Virus record (IMG/VR): IMGVR_UViG_2703718845_000006
Strand: one strand, 5' to 3'
Source of the DNA: a virus
Taxonomy: Duplodnaviria; Heunggongvirae; Uroviricota; Caudoviricetes
DNA: 45,755 nucleotides
Positions 44,532-45,755 of the stretch are shown piece by piece (position 1 is the stretch's first letter; each line of letters opens with the position of its first letter). The notes under the pieces are model-generated. The model was not told the origin of the DNA, made no database searches, and saw only the letters and a list, made by a program, of their open reading frames with translations. The position numbers were made by a program, and so were the translations under genes.

Positions 44532-45755
44532 TCAGTTGGGGTCTGAGCTAGCACAAGTAATGATCGATTCAACCCTCTCCCACCACGCCTGGTAGGCTTT
44601 ACGCTGTTCTTCTAGATAATCGCTCTTGTCATAAACCTGCCAAACCCCTGGCAGTTTATGGCCGAGCATTATTTCTGCAATATGAGGAGCAGTAAGATCA
44701 GAAAAGTTTGTTCGTGCTGTTCGCCTCAAATCATGAAGAGACCAATGAGGGAATTGATACCCCAAACTCCGCCATGCGTACTGCATTAAATTGTAAGGCA
44801 GCGACTGCAATGATGTTCGACCAACGGGTTCCCTGCTTCCTTCCTTAGTAAAAAGCATATCGGAACCATTGTTCATAGAGATAGCGTTCTTTATAAGCTC
44901 CTCCACCGGTTCAATAATGGGCCTCTTTAGCGGTTCGCCTGTTATCTCCCCAGTCTTATGTCGTTCTGGTGGTACAGTCCATACCTTATTAATGAAATCA
45001 AAATCGTCCACCCTGGCAGTAATTAGCTCTGAACTACGGCAGCCAAAATGCAGCAATAGCTTAATGAAGGCCCGGTATTTAGGAACCATTCGAGAACCAT
45101 CGATCGCAGCATAAAGGATTTTAATTTCATCATGTGTCAGAAACCGTTTCTTCTGACCTTTACGGATATCCATATCTTTACCCGTGATATCCGACAGCGG
45201 GCGAGTTTCAATGAGCTTTCTCTTATACGCCCAGACATGGGCCTGCTTTGCGTTAATTAGCAATCGGTCTGCTATTGCTGGAGTCTTAGTGCTAAGAGGC
45301 TCCAGGACTTCTAACCAATCATGCAATGTAGCTGCATCGTGAGGGATATTCCCGATTTTAGAGAACAGGTGCAGCTCAAACGAGCGGAGTATCTGTTCAG
45401 AACCTTTTTTATTTTTTACACAATATGCTTCATACCAGGCACGGATCACAGACTCTACCGTCATGGCTTCAGTAGCTTTTCGTTTTTCAGCCTGCTTGAC
45501 AAATCGTGGATTACGGTTTGACTCAAGTTCACCACGGAGACGAATAACTTCTTCTCTGGCCTCTTTTAATCCAGTTGCCGGGTAAGTTCCGATATCAAGA
45601 CGCTCACCTTTCCCTGCCCATTGATAACGATATTGGAACACTACGCGACCTTTCGGTGATACTCTGACAGACAGACCATCACGATCGGATTTAACCAAAA
45701 CCTTATCACGTTCCTTTCCAACGACTGAACGCAACCACGCATCAGACAGCGCCAT
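44532..45755 (-). CDS. int: Tyrosine integrase, P4-like (N-terminal arm-binding DUF4102-like domain + catalytic domain)
   Basis: N-terminus MALSDAWLRSV..VFQYRYQWAGKGERLDIGTYP resembles P4-type integrases; catalytic region has R (HFGCRSSE), H-x-x-R (HDLRRTART) and a C-terminal Tyr region (WQVYDKSDY); the ATG is at the last base of the window. Confidence 0.9.
   Translation of the reverse strand: MALSDAWLRSVVGKERDKVLVKSDRDGLSVRVSPKGRVVFQYRYQWAGKGERLDIGTYPATGLKEAREEVIRLRGELESNRNPRFVKQAEKRKATEAMTVESVIRAWYEAYCVKNKKGSEQILRSFELHLFSKIGNIPHDAATLHDWLEVLEPLSTKTPAIADRLLINAKQAHVWAYKRKLIETRPLSDITGKDMDIRKGQKKRFLTHDEIKILYAAIDGSRMVPKYRAFIKLLLHFGCRSSELITARVDDFDFINKVWTVPPERHKTGEITGEPLKRPIIEPVEELIKNAISMNNGSDMLFTKEGSREPVGRTSLQSLPYNLMQYAWRSLGYQFPHWSLHDLRRTARTNFSDLTAPHIAEIMLGHKLPGVWQVYDKSDYLEEQRKAYQAWWERVESIITCASSDPN

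Overview
This window is almost an entire mosaic lambdoid prophage, lying on the minus strand relative to the lambda map; both attachment sites appear to fall just outside the window. Reading right to left: a P4-type tyrosine integrase (44532..45755) and an AT-rich orphan gene, then a plus-strand early-left operon resembling the E. coli CPS-53 yfdPQRST cluster plus an AlpA/Xis-like gene; a cI/cro immunity switch with divergent promoters and repeated operator half-sites (38860..39760); a replication gene with internal iterons; a nin-like region (Dam-type methyltransferase, LexA-DBD protein, RusA, KilA-N, DUF968) and an antiterminator Q; a phage-21-type lysis cassette (pinholin, SAR endolysin, Rz/Rz1); a cos-like site; lambda-type terminase, portal and an HK97-type protease-capsid fusion; and a lambda-like tail (Z,U,V,G/T,H,M,L,K,I,J,lom,stf). 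Three AT-rich accessory loci stand out. (1) Between Q and the lysis genes sits a tightly coupled DUF262 (ParB-like) + HEPN gene pair whose 3' end overlaps a convergent C5-cytosine methyltransferase; I regard this as the best candidate for an uncharacterised defence module. (2) At the b-region end is a retron-type reverse transcriptase fused to a TIR domain, next to remnants of tfa and a serine invertase. (3) Between int and xis is a 272-aa orphan of unknown function. The prophage carries three DNA methyltransferases of different classes. All calls rest on motif recognition and recalled homology; no searches were run.
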